Below, piece after piece: positions 36,690 to 49,468 of a stretch of 64,000 nt of DNA. Every line of letters begins with the position of its first letter. Position 1 is the first letter of the stretch. The position numbers and the translations under genes were made by a program. The notes under the pieces were generated by a model. It was not told the origin of the DNA and ran no database searches. It saw nothing but the letters and a program-made list of their open reading frames with translations. The DNA is from Mobula hypostoma (Eukaryota), in NCBI RefSeq assembly GCF_963921235.1, contig NC_086097.1, forward strand, positions 3,844,001 to 3,908,000. Direction: 5' to 3'.

Positions 36690-39600
36690 CATTTAAAAAG
36701 AGAGCTTCGCAGGAATTCGGTGTCATCCTGGTGGCCCAGTCAGCAGCAGGAGCAACGCACAGTGAAGAGGTTTCCCACAGGTTGGGAAACCATTTTAAAA
36801 GGAGAGCTTTGCAGGCATTCGGTGTCATTCCAGCAGCCCGATCAGTGGCAGGAGTAGTGCACAGCGAGAAGGCACTTGTTTTAAAGGAGATTTTTGCAGG
36901 CGTTCATCTTCATTCAGGTGGCCCAGTCAGCGGTGGGAGCAGTGCAGAGAGGAGTAAGTAAGTACAGAGGGGACAAGCGGAGTGGCGATTGTTGGACTGG
37001 GCCAGTGGTGGGAGTGGGAGTGTCAGGCTTTGGCTCAAAGGAGGCTTCGGTTCAGAAGAGGTGTTGGCTCTGGGTAAGTTGCCAGGTAAGTTTCTGTTAA
37101 GTTTCCTTTTTTTCTTACTCTGTCAGAGGTACTTAGTGTAGTTTAAATGGCCATTGTGTGTTCTTCGTGCCAGATGTTGCAGTCCCAGGAGACCCAGAGT
37201 CTCCCGGGGAACTACATCTGCGTGAAGTGCATCCAGCTGCAGCTCCTTGAAGACCGTGTTAGGGATCTGGAGCAGCAGCTGGATGATCTTTGGCTTGTAC
37301 GGGAGAGTATGGAGATAATCGATCAGAGTTTCAAAAGTTTCAAAGGTACATTTAATGTCAGAGAAATGTATACAATATACATCGTGAAATACTTTTTCTT
37401 CACAACCATCCGTCAAAACAGAGGAGTACCCCAAAGAATGAATGACAGTTAAATGTTAGAACCCCAAAGTCCCCCCCCCAGCTCCCCTCCGTCCCGCGTG
37501 TAAGCGGCAGCAAGCAACGATCCCCCCTCCCTCCACCGGCAAAAGAAATGTTTCAGGGAAGTAGTCACCACTAAGTTGCAGGGGGCAAGTAGCTGGTGAC
37601 TGTCGGGTGAAGGAATGGGATGATAAGTAGGCTGTTAGCACAGAGCACCGCTGTGGCCATTCCCCTCAATAATCGGTATTCCGTTTTGGATGCTGTTGTG
37701 GGGGGATGACCTCCCAGTGGAATGCCATGGAGACCGGGTCACTGGCACTGAGCGTGGGTCCGTGGTATGGAAGGGAAAGGGAAAGGGAGTGGTGGTGATA
37801 GGGGACTCAATAGTCATGGGAGCAGACAGGAGATCCTGTGGACGTGAACAGGACACACAAATGGTATGTTGCCTCCCAGGCTCCAGGGTCAGAGACATCT
37901 CAGGTCACGTTCACAACATTTTGGAGAGGGAGGGGAAGCAGCCAAATGTCTTGGTACATATTGGTACCAATGACATAGGAAGGAAAAGCAAAGAGGTCCT
38001 GTAAAGAGAATTTAGAGAGCTAGGTAGAAAGCTGAGAAGCACGACCTTCCGGTAGTAATTTCTGGATTGTTGCCTGTGCCACGCACCAGTGAGGGTAGAA
38101 ACAGGATGATTTGGCAGATAAATATGTAGCTGAGAAGCTGGTGCAGGGGGCAGGGCTTCAGGTTCTTAGATCATTGGGATCTCATCTGGGGGAGGTTGAC
38201 CTGTACAAAACTGACAGGTTGCTCCTGAACCCGAGGGGAACCAACATTCTTGTGGGCAGTTTTGTTAGAGCTGTTGGGGAGAACTTAAACTAATTTGGCT
38301 GGTGGGGAGGGGTTGGGAACCGGAGTGAAGAGACTCAGGAAAGGACAGATGCTAAAAAAGCAAAGATAGTGTGCTGTCAACTGTCAGGAAGGACAGGCAG
38401 GTGATGGGACAAAATGGCAGCCAGCAGGGTGAGAATCAGTGTATTAGGGATGCAGAATCGAAAAGGGTAGCAAATACAGTAATCCATGTGTTATTTCTCA
38501 ATGCAAGGAGTATAAGAAATAAGGTGGATAATCTTGTTGCACCATTACAGATTTTCAGGTATGATGTTGTGGCCATCACTGAATCATGGCTGAAGGATGG
38601 TTGTAGTTGGGAGCTGAATGTCCAAGGTTACATGTTATATCAGAGGGATAGGAAGGTAGGCAGAGGGGGTGGTGTGGCTCTGCTGGTAATGAATGGCATC
38701 GAATCAGTAGAAAGATGTGACATAGGATTGAAAGATGTTGAAGAAACTTTGAAGAAGATGTTGTTAAGAAACTGCGAGGGTAAAGGGACTCTGATGGCAG
38801 TTATATACAGGCCTCCAGAGAGTAACTAGGATGTGGACTACAGATTACAATGGGAAATAGAAAAGCTGTGTCAAAGAGGCAATGTTATGATAGCCATGTG
38901 AGATTTTAAATTGCAGGTACATTGGGAAAATTATGTTGGAACTGGATCTCAAGAGAATGAGTTTATTGAATGCCTAGAAGATGACTTTTTGGAGCAGTTT
39001 ACCATTAAGCCTACTAGGGGATCAGCTATATTGGATTGGGTGTTATGTAATGAACCAGAGGTGATTAGGGAGCTTAAGGTAAAGGAACCGTTCGGAGATA
39101 GAGTTCACAATATGATTGAATTCAACTTGAAATTTGATAGGGTTAAGATTCAAAGTAATAGAACAACAACTTAAAGATTCAAGATTCAATATTGTTTAAC
39201 ATCATTTCCCATACACAAGTATAAAGGGAAGAAGTCATAGATGTGTACAGCACTGAATCAGACCATTTGGCCCATCTAGTCCATGCCGAACCATTTGATC
39301 TGTTTACTGCCATTGACATGCACCTGAGCCACAGCCCTCCAAACCCCGGCCATCCATGTACCTATCCAAACTTCTCTTATGTGCTGAATTCGTGCTCACA
39401 TGCACCATTTACACTGGCAGCTCGTTCCACACTCTCAGCACCAGCTGACTGAAGAAGTTTCCCATTATGTTCCCTATAGCCTTTTCACCTCTCGCCCTTA
39501 ACCTATGACCTCTACTTGTTGTCCCAAACAACCTCAGTGGAAAAAGCCTACTTGCATTTACCCTATCTATATCCCTCTTAATTTTGTATACCTCGAACAA

Positions 39601-41630
39601 ATTCTCTCAATCTTCTACATTCCAAGGATTAAAGTCCTAACCTATTCAATCTTTCCTTGTAAATCAGGTCCTCCAGACCTGGCAACATCCTTGTAAACTT
39701 TCTCTGTACTCTTTCAACCTTGTTTACATCTTTCCTGTAGATAGGTGACCAGAACTGTAAACAATTCTCCAAATTAAGCCTCACCAACATCTTCTGATCA
39801 CAATACAATTGAGTTCAACTTGAAATTTGATAGAGAGAAAATAAAATCTGATGTAGCAGTATTTCAGTGGAGTAAAGGAAATTACAGTGGTATGAGAGAG
39901 GAGTTGGCCGAAGTAAATTGGAAGAAGATGCTGGCAGGGATGTCACCAAAGCAGTGATGAGTTGAGTTTCTGGGGAAAATGAGGAAGGTACAGGATAGAT
40001 GTATTCCAAAAACAATGAAATACTCAAATTACAAAGCAGTAATTGCCTGATGCGAGCAGTCAAAGCTAATGTAAAAGCAAAAGAGAGGGCATACAACAAA
40101 GCAAGAATTAATGGTAAGACAGAGGATTGGGAAGTTTATAAAAACAAAAAGCAGCTAGAAGAATCATTGGGGGTAACAGGTGAAATATGAAAGTAAGCTA
40201 GTAAACAATATCAAGGTGGATACTAAAAGCATTTCAAGTATATAAAAAATAAAAGAGAGATGAGAGTGGATAAAGGACAACTTGAAAATGAGGTCAGAGA
40301 ATAATAACAGTGGATGCAGATGAACTAAATGAGTATTGTGCATCAGTCTTCACTGTGGAAGACACGAACACTGTGCTAGGTGATGAAGGGTGTTAGGAAA
40401 GAGAAGGGAGTGCAGTTACTATACAAAGGAGAAGGTGCTCAAAAAGCCAAAAGACCTAAAGGTACATAAGTCACTCTGATTAGATGAACTGCACCCTAGG
40501 GTTCTGAAGGAGGTAGCGGTAGAGATTGGAGAGGCATTGGTAATGATCTTTCAAAAATCATTGGACTCTGGCATGGTGACCAGAGAATTGGAAAATTACA
40601 AATGTCACACTACTCTTTAAGAAAGGGGAAAGGCAGCAGAAAGTTATAGACCAATTAGCATGACCTCAGGATGAGGTAATGGAGTACTTGGTGACACATG
40701 ACAAGACATACAAAGTCAGCATGATTTCCTTAAGGGAAAATCTTGCCTGACAAACCTGGAAATCTTTGAGGAGATTACAAATAGAATAGATAAAGGAGAT
40801 GCAGTAGATGTTGTATATTTGGATTTTCAGAGGCCTTTGATGAGGTACCACACATGAGGCTGCTTACCAAGTTAAGAGCATTGGCTGATTGGTAGGAGGC
40901 AGTGAGTGGGAATAAAGGGATCCTTTTCTGATTGGCTGCCAGTGACTAGTGGTGTTCCACAGGGGTTGGTGTTGGGACTACTTCTTTTTATGCTGTGTAT
41001 CAATGATTTAGATGATGAATTGATGGCTTTGTTGCCAAATTTGCAGATGATACAAAGATTGTTGGACGGGAAAGTAGTGTTGAGAAAATAGGTAGGCTGC
41101 AAAAGGACTTAGATAGATTAGGAGAATGGGCAATAGAGAAGCAAATGAAATGCAATGTTGGAAATTGCTTTCAGAGGGGATTAACAAGGATAATTCCGGG
41201 AATGAAAGGGTTTTCATATGAAGAACATTCGACGGCTCTTGGCCCATTCTTGCTGGAATTTAGAAGTATGAGGAGGGATCTTATGGAATCCTTTTGAATG
41301 TTGAAAGGCCTAGACAGAGCAGATGTGGAAAGGATGTTTCCCATGGTGGGGGATTTAGGACAAGAGGGCACAGCCTCAGGATAGAGGGGCTTCCATTTAA
41401 AACAGAGATAGAGTAAAACTTCTTTAGCCAGAGGGTGGTGAATTTGTGGAATTTGCTGTGCAGGTAAGGTCATTGTCTGTATTTAAGGCAGAGCTTGATT
41501 GGACATGACATCACAGGTTAGGGGAGAAGGACAGGGAGTGGGGCTGAGGAGGGGAAAAAGGATCAGCATGATTGAATCAATGGACCAAATAGCCTAATTC
41601 TGCTTCTGTGTCTTATGGTCTTATGGTTTT
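36690..41630 (+). mobile_element. Near full-length older CR1 LINE (5' UTR, ORF1 zinc finger/leucine zipper plus esterase, ORF2), decayed, with nested inserts
   Basis: ORF1 MAIVCSSCQM..YICVKCIQLQLLEDRVRDLEQQLDDL and VIGDSIV..GTNDIG. ORF2 LNARSIRNK..ITESWL. Inserts at about 37327-37560 and 39147-39795; deletion near 41170; tail gtcttatggtcttatgg. Confidence 0.92.
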
Positions 41631-42271
41631 GGCAGGTATAATTGCTAGCCCACATGTGAAAGCCAGGTGTTGGACCTGCTTTTCAGTGGCTATTTGAGAC
41701 GCATGTCATTATGAGCATTTAATAGGTAGTGGGAGCTTAATCCCACTACCACTTCTGGCTATGGTAACCTTAAGGAACCCTAGTTCTAATAACGATTATT
41801 TTACTAAATTTTCTATACCTTCCCCAATATTACTATACTCCTTCTGTAGTAGGGACAGCAGGACAGTTGAGTATGCTACAGTTCGGAAGAATGGCTGTCC
41901 TGAATCAAGAAGGAGACTAGGACAAGTACAATGGCGGAGTTGGAAACTCCACTGAAAGGCCTGGATAAAGTGGGAAAGTGGGAGGAGGACGACATGGACA
42001 CCACCACACAGTTAAGGCAAAGTCTCGTTGAGTAACATGGCCTGCTTCTGAACTGCAAATACAGCTCAGCCGTGTCAATATTTGCGTGCATTTCTGCGAA
42101 AGTCATGTTATGAACGTTGTGTCATTCATGATTGAATGAATGAACTAGCACAGAGAGCAGGAATGCTATATTTTTCTGGTTTGAAAGCTGGCTGTGTCCC
42201 TTGGTTCGACAGATATTACAACCTCAGTTTCTGGTACATTGCTGAGGACTATCAACCATCTGTCTTATACT

Positions 42272-43080
42272 ATAGTCATAGTCATAGTCATAGTCATACT
42301 TTATTGATCCCAGGGGGAAATTGGCTTTCGTTACAGTTGCACCATAAATAACAAATAGTAATAGAACCTTAAATAGTTAAATAGTAATATGTAAATTACG
42401 CCAGTAAATTATGCAATAAGTCCAGGACCAGCCTATTGGCTCAGGGTGTCTGACCCTCCAAGGAAGGAGTTGTAAAGTTTGATGGCCACAGGCAGGAATG
42501 ACTTCCTATGACACTCTGTGTTGCATCTCGATGGAATGAATCTCTGGCTGAATGTACTCCTGTGCCCAACCAGTACATTATGTAGTGGATGAGAGACATT
42601 GTCCAAGATGGCATGCAACTTAGACAGCATCCTCTTTTCAGACACCACCGTGAAAGAGTCCAGTTCCATCCCCACAACATCACTGGCCTTACGAATGATT
42701 TTGTTGATTCTGTTGGTGTCTGCTACCCTCAGCCTGCTGCCCCAGCACACAACAGCAAATATGATAGCACTGGCCACTACAGACTCGTAGAACATCCTCA
42801 GTATCGTCCGACAGATGTTAAAGGACTTCAGTCTCCTCAGGAAATAGAGACGGCTCTGACCCTTCTTGTAGACAGCCTCAGTGTTCTTTGACCAGTCCAG
42901 TTTATTGTCAATTCGTATCCCCAGATATTTGTAATCCTCCACCATGTCCACACTGACCCCCTGGATGGAAACAGGGGTCACCGGTACCTTAGCTCTCCTC
43001 AGGTCTACCACCAGCTCCTTAGTCTTTTTCACATTAAGCTGCAGATAATTCTGCTCACACCATGTGACAAAGTTTCCTAT
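42272..43080 (-). mobile_element. Rex1/Babar LINE 3' fragment
   Basis: WCEQNYLQLNVKKTKELVVDLRR..YKYLG..KKGQSRLYFLRRL..SFLPVAIKLYN; (TATGAC)n tail. Confidence 0.92.
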
Positions 43081-43089
43081 CGTATGTAG

Positions 43090-43755
43090 AGTAACACACA
43101 CAAAATGCTGGAGGAACTCAGCAGCTCAGGAAGTATCAATGGAAAGTAGTAAACTTGAGTTTTCAGGCCCAGACCCTTCTTCAGGACTGGAGCAGGTGTA
43201 CAAAAAGTGGAATATCCCAGTGGCCAACTATTTCAATTCCAATCCCCACTCCTCTTCTGACATGTCAGTCCATGGTCTCTGCTTCTGCCTTGATGAGGCC
43301 ACTGTCAGGTTGGAGGGACAATGTCTCATATTCTGTCCAGGTAGCCTCCAACATCGATTTTTCCAACTTCCAGTCATTTCTTTCCCCACACCCCTCCCTC
43401 TTCCTCATTTCCCCTCTCTGGCCTCTTACCTCTTCTCTTGCCCGTTACACTCTGGGTCCCTTTCTCCTTTCCTTTTTCCCATGGTCCACTCTCCTCTCCT
43501 ATCAGATTCCTTCTGCTCTAGCTCTTTAACTTTCTCACTCTCCAGGTTTCACCTATCACCTTCTAGCTTGTCCTCCTCCCCCACACCCTGCCTTTTTATT
43601 CTGGCTCCTTCCCCCTTCCTTTCCAGTCCTGATGAAGAGTCTCAGCTGGAAACGTTGACTGTTTATTCATTTCCACAGATGCTGCCTGACCTGCTGGGTT
43701 CTTCCAGCATTTTGTCGGTGTTGCTCTGGATTTCCAGCATTTGCAGAAATGCTTG
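43090..43755 (+). mobile_element. Penelope-like fragment with inverted 5' pLTR and sense hammerhead
   Basis: PVANYFNSNPHSSSDMSVHGL..RLEGQCLIF. AGTC-CTGATGA-AG..GAAA-CGTT-GACT at 43625-43660; inverted pLTR copy at 43090-43190. Confidence 0.85.
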
Positions 43756-43832
43756 TCCCTATATGTTTCAGGGACAATTCACTTCTTTTCCTTCAGAATT
43801 GATTCCTTTTTTGGGTCTTTGTTTCCAAACAG

Positions 43833-43943
43833 ATGATGACTAGCCAGCTTTCACAACTCCAAATGGAATATGATGCCAAAAAGGAGAAGAACAAACGGAT
43901 GGAGCAGATATTAAATCTGCACAGAGGCAACTTCATCCACCAG
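43833..43943 (+). CDS. CCDC197: CCDC197-like exon C (MMTSQLSQLQMEYDAKKEKNKRMEQILNLHRGNFIHQ)
   Basis: tttgtttccaaacag acceptor, CAG/gtaact donor, 111 nt, phase 0-0. Confidence 0.82.
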
Positions 43944-44086
43944 GTAACTTGTAAAATGATTAAGGAGGATTTTTTTTAAAATGATCAAGATGGATTTACT
44001 TTTCAGTAATGCCATAAACTCAGTTGGTAATTATAACATATTAGTGTCATTTATAAAAGATATAGTTACATCTTATTATATAATTT

Positions 44087-44867
44087 CACTAGACAACAAA
44101 GATTTTTCTTCCTGAATACTTTTCTGTATATCTTATAAACTTTGGACTGCTGATCATGAAAATTGCCATGAAATTTCCCTATCATGCACCGTTTTTAGAA
44201 ATCACCTGATGGTTATATCAATTCATAATCCAAGTCAGAGTAATTGATGCCAAGATTAAGGAAGGCATTTTTGTTGGTCCACAAATCAAACAGTTCATCA
44301 CTGACAAGCAATTTGAAGAAGTCTTAGAGGGACTAGAGAAAATCACATGGAAGGGATTCAAGGATGTTGTTGAAAAATTTCTTGGCAAGTACAGAGCACC
44401 AAACTATATGTCGCTGGTTGACAAGCTGCTTCAAGCAAACAAAACCATGAAGTGCAACATATCACTAATGATTAATTTTCTGCATTCCCATTTAGACTTT
44501 TTCTTGCAAATCTTGGTTCTGTCAGTGACGAGCATGGTGAAAGGTCATGGAGAAACGGTATCAGGGCAACTGGAATTCATCAATACTGGCTCATTATTGT
44601 TGGACACTTAAGCAAGAAACCTCAGACACTGAGTACAAATGAAAATCATCAACAGAACATTTTTAGCTTTGTTGAACTATTGCAAAGCATCAGCACCATT
44701 ATGCAATTAAACACATTATATTCAATAAAAGTAAATTTCTTGTTTCTCCAAATTCCTATGTCATACAAGTAGTCTGAAATTATATTTGTGTTCAGCTTCA
44801 AGCAGTCTACCATAAACAGAAAAAATTCTGAAGAAGCAATACTTTTGAAAGCATTTGTTGTCTGGTG
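44087..44867 (+). mobile_element. Chapaev3-like (CMC) DNA transposon, internally deleted
   Basis: TIRs CACTAGACAACAAA / TTTGTTGTCTGGTG. Transposase C-terminus AKIKEGIFVGPQI..NFLHSHLDFF..NLGSVSDEHGER. Confidence 0.75.
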
Positions 44868-44909
44868 TTTTCAAATCTAATTTATGCACAGAGTATTTAC
44901 ATCAGCTAG

Positions 44910-45470
44910 GTCATAGACTAGTACAGGCCCTTAAGATCACAATGTTGTGCCAGACCAAATAAATTAGTCATCAAATTGCCAACTAAACTACACAAAGGCC
45001 ATATCCTTCCATTTCCCTCACATTCATGTGTCTACTGAATCTAAACATTTCTTAAAACTCCCTAATGTATCTGCCACCACCCCAGGCAGCTCATTCCAGA
45101 CACCCAACACCCTCTGTGTAAAAAATCTTGCTCCTCACATCTCCTTTGAACTTACCCCTCTCACCTTAAATACATGCCTTCTGGTATTAGACATTTCCAC
45201 CCTGGGGAAAAAGATACTGTCTGTCTACTCTAATTTTATAAGCCTCTATCGAATCTCCCCTCAGTCTGCACCATCCCAAGGAAAACAACCCAAGTTTGTC
45301 CAGCCTCTCATTATAGCACATGCCCTGTAATCCAGGCAACATCCTTCTGCATCTTCTGCACCCTCTCCAAAGCCTCAACATCCTTCCTATAATGGGGCGA
45401 CCAGAACTATATGTAGTATTCCAGATGGGGCCTAACTAGATTTTATAAAACTACAATTAACTTCCTGACT
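44910..45470 (-). mobile_element. Old CR1 3' fragment with about 25-bp flanking duplication
   Basis: RMLPGLQG..ERLDKLGLFSL; flanked by aatttatgca.agagtat..acatcag at about 44879 and 45492. Confidence 0.8.
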
Positions 45471-45667
45471 TTTTGTTTAATTTGTAAACCCAATTTATGC
45501 ATAGAGTATACATCAGTTTATGCGAAGATTACTGTGAAAGGGAATGCACACTGTGTTAACCTCCACAGCATTACTGACAGTCAATAGAATTGCCTAGAGT
45601 CACAGAGAAGTATAGCACAGAAGCACGCACTTCTCTTAAATATTAGAACTGACCACATGGACCGCTT

Positions 45668-48143
45668 ATAGAAACATAGAAACATAGAAAATAGGTGCAG
45701 GAGTAGGCCATTCGGCCCTTCGAGCCTGCACCGCCATTTATTATGATCATGGCTGATCATCCAACTCAGAACCCCGCCCCAGCCCTCCCTCCATACCCCC
45801 TGATCCCCGTAGCCACAAGGGCCATATCTAACTCCCTCTTAAATATAGCCAATGAACTGGCCTCAACAGTTTGCTGTGGCAGAGAATTCCACAGATTCAC
45901 CACTCTCTGTGTGAAGAAGTTTTTCCTAATCTCGGTCCTAAAAGGCTTCCCCTCTATCCCCAAACTGTGACCCCTCGTTCTGGACTTCCCCAACATCGGG
46001 AACAATCTTCCTGCATCTAGCCTGTCCAATCCCTTTAGGATCTTATACGTTTATAGGTATTGGGGGTAAGGTATTGGTGTGGGTGGAGAATTGGTTAGCA
46101 GACAGGAAGCAAAGAGTGGGAATAAACGGGACCTTTTCAGAATGGCAGGCGGTGACTAGTGGGGTACCGCAAGGCTCAGTGCTGGGACCCCAGTTGTTTA
46201 CAATATATATTAATGACTTGGATGAGGGAATTAAATGCAGCATCTCCAAGTTTGCGGATGACACGAAGCTGGGTGGCAGTGTTAGCAGTGAGGAGGATGC
46301 TAAGAGGATGCAGGGTGACTTGGATAGGTTGGGTGAGTGGGCAAACTCATGGCAGATGCAATTTAATGTGGATAAATGTGAAGTTATCCACTTTGGTGGC
46401 AAAAATAGGAAAACAGATTATTATCTGAATGGTGGCCGATTAGGAAAAGGGGAGGTGCAACGAGACCTGGGTGTCATTATACACCAGTCATTGAAAGTGG
46501 GCATGCAGGTACAGCAGGCGGTGAAAAAGGCGAACGGTATGCTGGCATTTATAGCGAGAGGATTCGAGTACAGGAGCAGGGAGGTACTACTGCAGTTGTA
46601 CAAGGCCTTGGTGAGACCACACCTGGAGTATTGTGTGCAGTTTTGGTCCCCTAATCTGAGGAAAGACATCTTTGCCATAGAGGGAGTACAAAGAAGGTTC
46701 ACCAGATTGATTCCTGGGATGGCAGGTCTTTCATATGAAGAAAGACTGGATGAACTGGGCTTGTACTCGTTGGAATTTAGAAGATTGAGGGGGGATCTGA
46801 TTGAAACGTATAAGATCCTAAAGGGATTGGACAGGCTAGATGCAGGAAGATTGTTCCCGATGTTGGGGAGGTCTAGAACGAGGGGTCACAGTTTGAGGAT
46901 AGAGGGGAAGCCTTTTAGGACCGAGGTTAGGAAAAACTTCTTCACACAGAGAGTGGTGAATCTGTGGAATTCTCTGCCACAGCAAACTGTTGAGGCCAGT
47001 TCATTAGCTATGTTTAAAAGGAAGTTAGATATGGCCCTTGTGGCTACAGGGGTCAGGGGGTATGGAGGGAAGGCTGGGTTCTGAGTTGGATGATCAGCCA
47101 TGATCATAATAAATGGCGGTGCAGGCTCGAAGGGCCGAATGGCCTACTCCTGCACCTATTTTCTATGTTTCTATGTTTCTATGTTTCAATCAGATCCCCC
47201 CTCAATCTTCTAAATTCCAACGAGTACAAGCCCAGTTCATCCAGTCTTTCTTCATATGAAAGTCCTGCCATCCCAGGAATCAATCTGGTGAACCTTCTTT
47301 GTACTCCCTCTATGGCAAAGATGTCTTTCCTCAGATTAGGGGACCAAAACTGCACACAATACTCCAGGTGTGGTCTCACCAAGGCCTTGTACAACTGCAG
47401 TAGTACCTCCCTGCTCCTGTACTCGAATCCTCTCGCTATAAATGCCAGCATACCATTCGCCTTTTTCACCGCCTGCTGTACCTGCATGCCCACTTTCAAT
47501 GACTGGTGTATAATGACACCCAGGTCTCGTTGCACCTCCCCTTTTCCTAATCGGCCACCATTCAGATAATAATCTGTTTTCCTATTTTTGCCACCAAAGT
47601 GGATAACCTCACATTTATCCACATTAAATTGCATCTGCCATGAGTTTGCCCACTCACCCAACCTATCCAAGTCACCCTGCATCCTCTTAGCATCCTCCTC
47701 ACTGCTAACACTGCCACCCAGCTTCGTGTTATCCGCAAACTTGGAGATGCTGCATTTAATTCCCTCATCCAAGGCATTAATATATATTGTAAACAACTGG
47801 GGTCCCAGCACTGAGCCTTGCGGTACCCCACTAGTCACCGCCTGCCATTCTGAAAAGGTCCCGTTTATTCCCACTCTTTGCTTCCTGTCTGCTAACCAAT
47901 TCTCCAGCCACACCAATACCTTACCCCCAATACCGTGTGCTTTAAGTTTGCACACTAATCTCCTGTGTGGGACCTTGTCAAAAGCCTTTTGAAAATCCAA
48001 ATATACCACATCCACTGGTTCTCCCCTATCCACTCTACTAGTTACATCCTCAAAAAATTCTATGAGATTTGTCACACATGATTTTCCTTTCACAAATCCA
48101 TGCTGACTTTGTCCGATCATTTCTCCGCTTTCCAAATGTGCTG
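45668..48143 (-). mobile_element. Young CR1 (minus strand) split by an antiparallel copy of the same family
   Basis: 3' part 45668-46052 ends ..tatacgttt and resumes caatcagatcc at 47187; RT ORF 47179-48135. Confidence 0.95.
46056..47187 (+). mobile_element. Young 5'-truncated CR1 nested in a CR1
   Basis: Open ORF2 C-terminus (FADDTK..GGKAGF*) and (TTCTATGT)n tail. Confidence 0.96.
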
Positions 48144-48144
48144 G

Positions 48145-48580
48145 CTTTTATTCCACCCTCTCACTACCTTCTGAGTGAAGAGGTTCCCCCTCATGTCCCC
48201 CTTAAGCTTCACACTTTTCACCCTTAACCCATAACCCCTAGTTGTAGTCCCACCCAACCTCAATGGAAAAAAAACTTGCTTGCATTTACTCTGTCTATAC
48301 CCCTCATAATTTTGTATACTTCTATCAAATCTCTCCTCAGTTTTCTACGTTCCAAGGAATAAAGTCCTAATCTATTCAATCTTTCCTTATAACTCATGTC
48401 CCCTAGTACTGACAAAATCCTTGTAAATTTTCTCAGTACTCTTTCAACCTTATTTACATCTTTCCTGTAGGTAGGTGACCAAAACTGCACAGAATACTCT
48501 AAATTAGGCCTCAATAATATCTTGTATAACTTCAACATAACATCCCACCTCCTCTACTCAATATACTGATTTATGAAGGC
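48145..48580 (-). mobile_element. CR1 RT fragment (different subfamily)
   Basis: LLRPNLEYSVQFWSP..ERLNRLGLYSLE. Confidence 0.85.
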
Positions 48581-49009
48581 CTCTTTAATTTCCTTCCCTA
48601 ATTCTGCCTGTTACCCATCTCTCCATCCTCTCTTCTTACATTGTTTTTTTTAAACTGCTTTCCTGTTTCCTTCTGTCTGAATGGGTTTTATTATTTGAGT
48701 TTGTACTCTGTAATCTCTTTGGGCATGCTAGTGATTGTGAATGTGTACTATAGTATGACAGCCATAGAAGTGGATTCGACAAAATCAGGGCAGAGATTGT
48801 TTAAAAAAAAGTAGAAAATGCTGGAAATAGCCAGTAGCTCAGACAATCCCTGTAGAGAGAGATATTCATCCAGAGCACATCAGATATTACAGGAGGATTT
48901 TGCTTACAATTTCCACCTGTTAAAATGTATTGGCAACATTTATGCAAATGATCTGTGATTGATTGATGTACAGGATGCTGGTATGTGAAATATCAACACT
49001 GAATTGGAG

Positions 49010-49468
49010 AATACACAGTCGATGTTTTGGGCTGAAACTCTTCATCAGGACTGGAAATGAAGGGGGGAGGGAAGAATCTAGAATAACAAGATGGGGGGGG
49101 AGGAGGGAAAGCTTGAATGTGATAGGTGAAACCAGTCGGATGGGGGAGGGAAGGTGAAGTCAGAAACAGAGAGGAGATAGGTGGAGAAGGTTAAGGGCTG
49201 GAGAAGGCAGGACCATGGGAGAAAGGGAAGGAGGAGGGACACTTGGAGAAGAGGAGGCGGGGAATGATAGGCAGGTGAGGAGAAGAGGTAAGAAGGAGGG
49301 GGCCAGAGTGGGGAACTGAAGAAGAGGGAAGGGGGGAGGAGAAAGAAAACACTGGAAGTTGGAGAAATTGGTGTTCGTGCCATCAGGTTGGAGGCTACCT
49401 AGACAGAATGAGGTGTTGCTCCTCCAAATTGAGAGTGGCCTCATCGTGGCAGAAGAGGAGGCCAACAT
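49010..49468 (-). mobile_element. Penelope-like 3' fragment with degenerate hammerhead
   Basis: Homologous to 20087-20645 (LGSLQPDG); AGTC-CTGATGAAG..CCCAAAACATC-GACT at 49017-49052. Confidence 0.8.

Noticed and set aside
43064..43843. 259-aa ORF running into exon C
   Set aside because: Composed of Penelope pLTR and GIY-YIG remnants and out of frame with exon C.
47090..47569. 159-aa ORF, and similarly 54420-55025 and 50979-51242
   Set aside because: Chimeric read-throughs across nested CR1 junctions.
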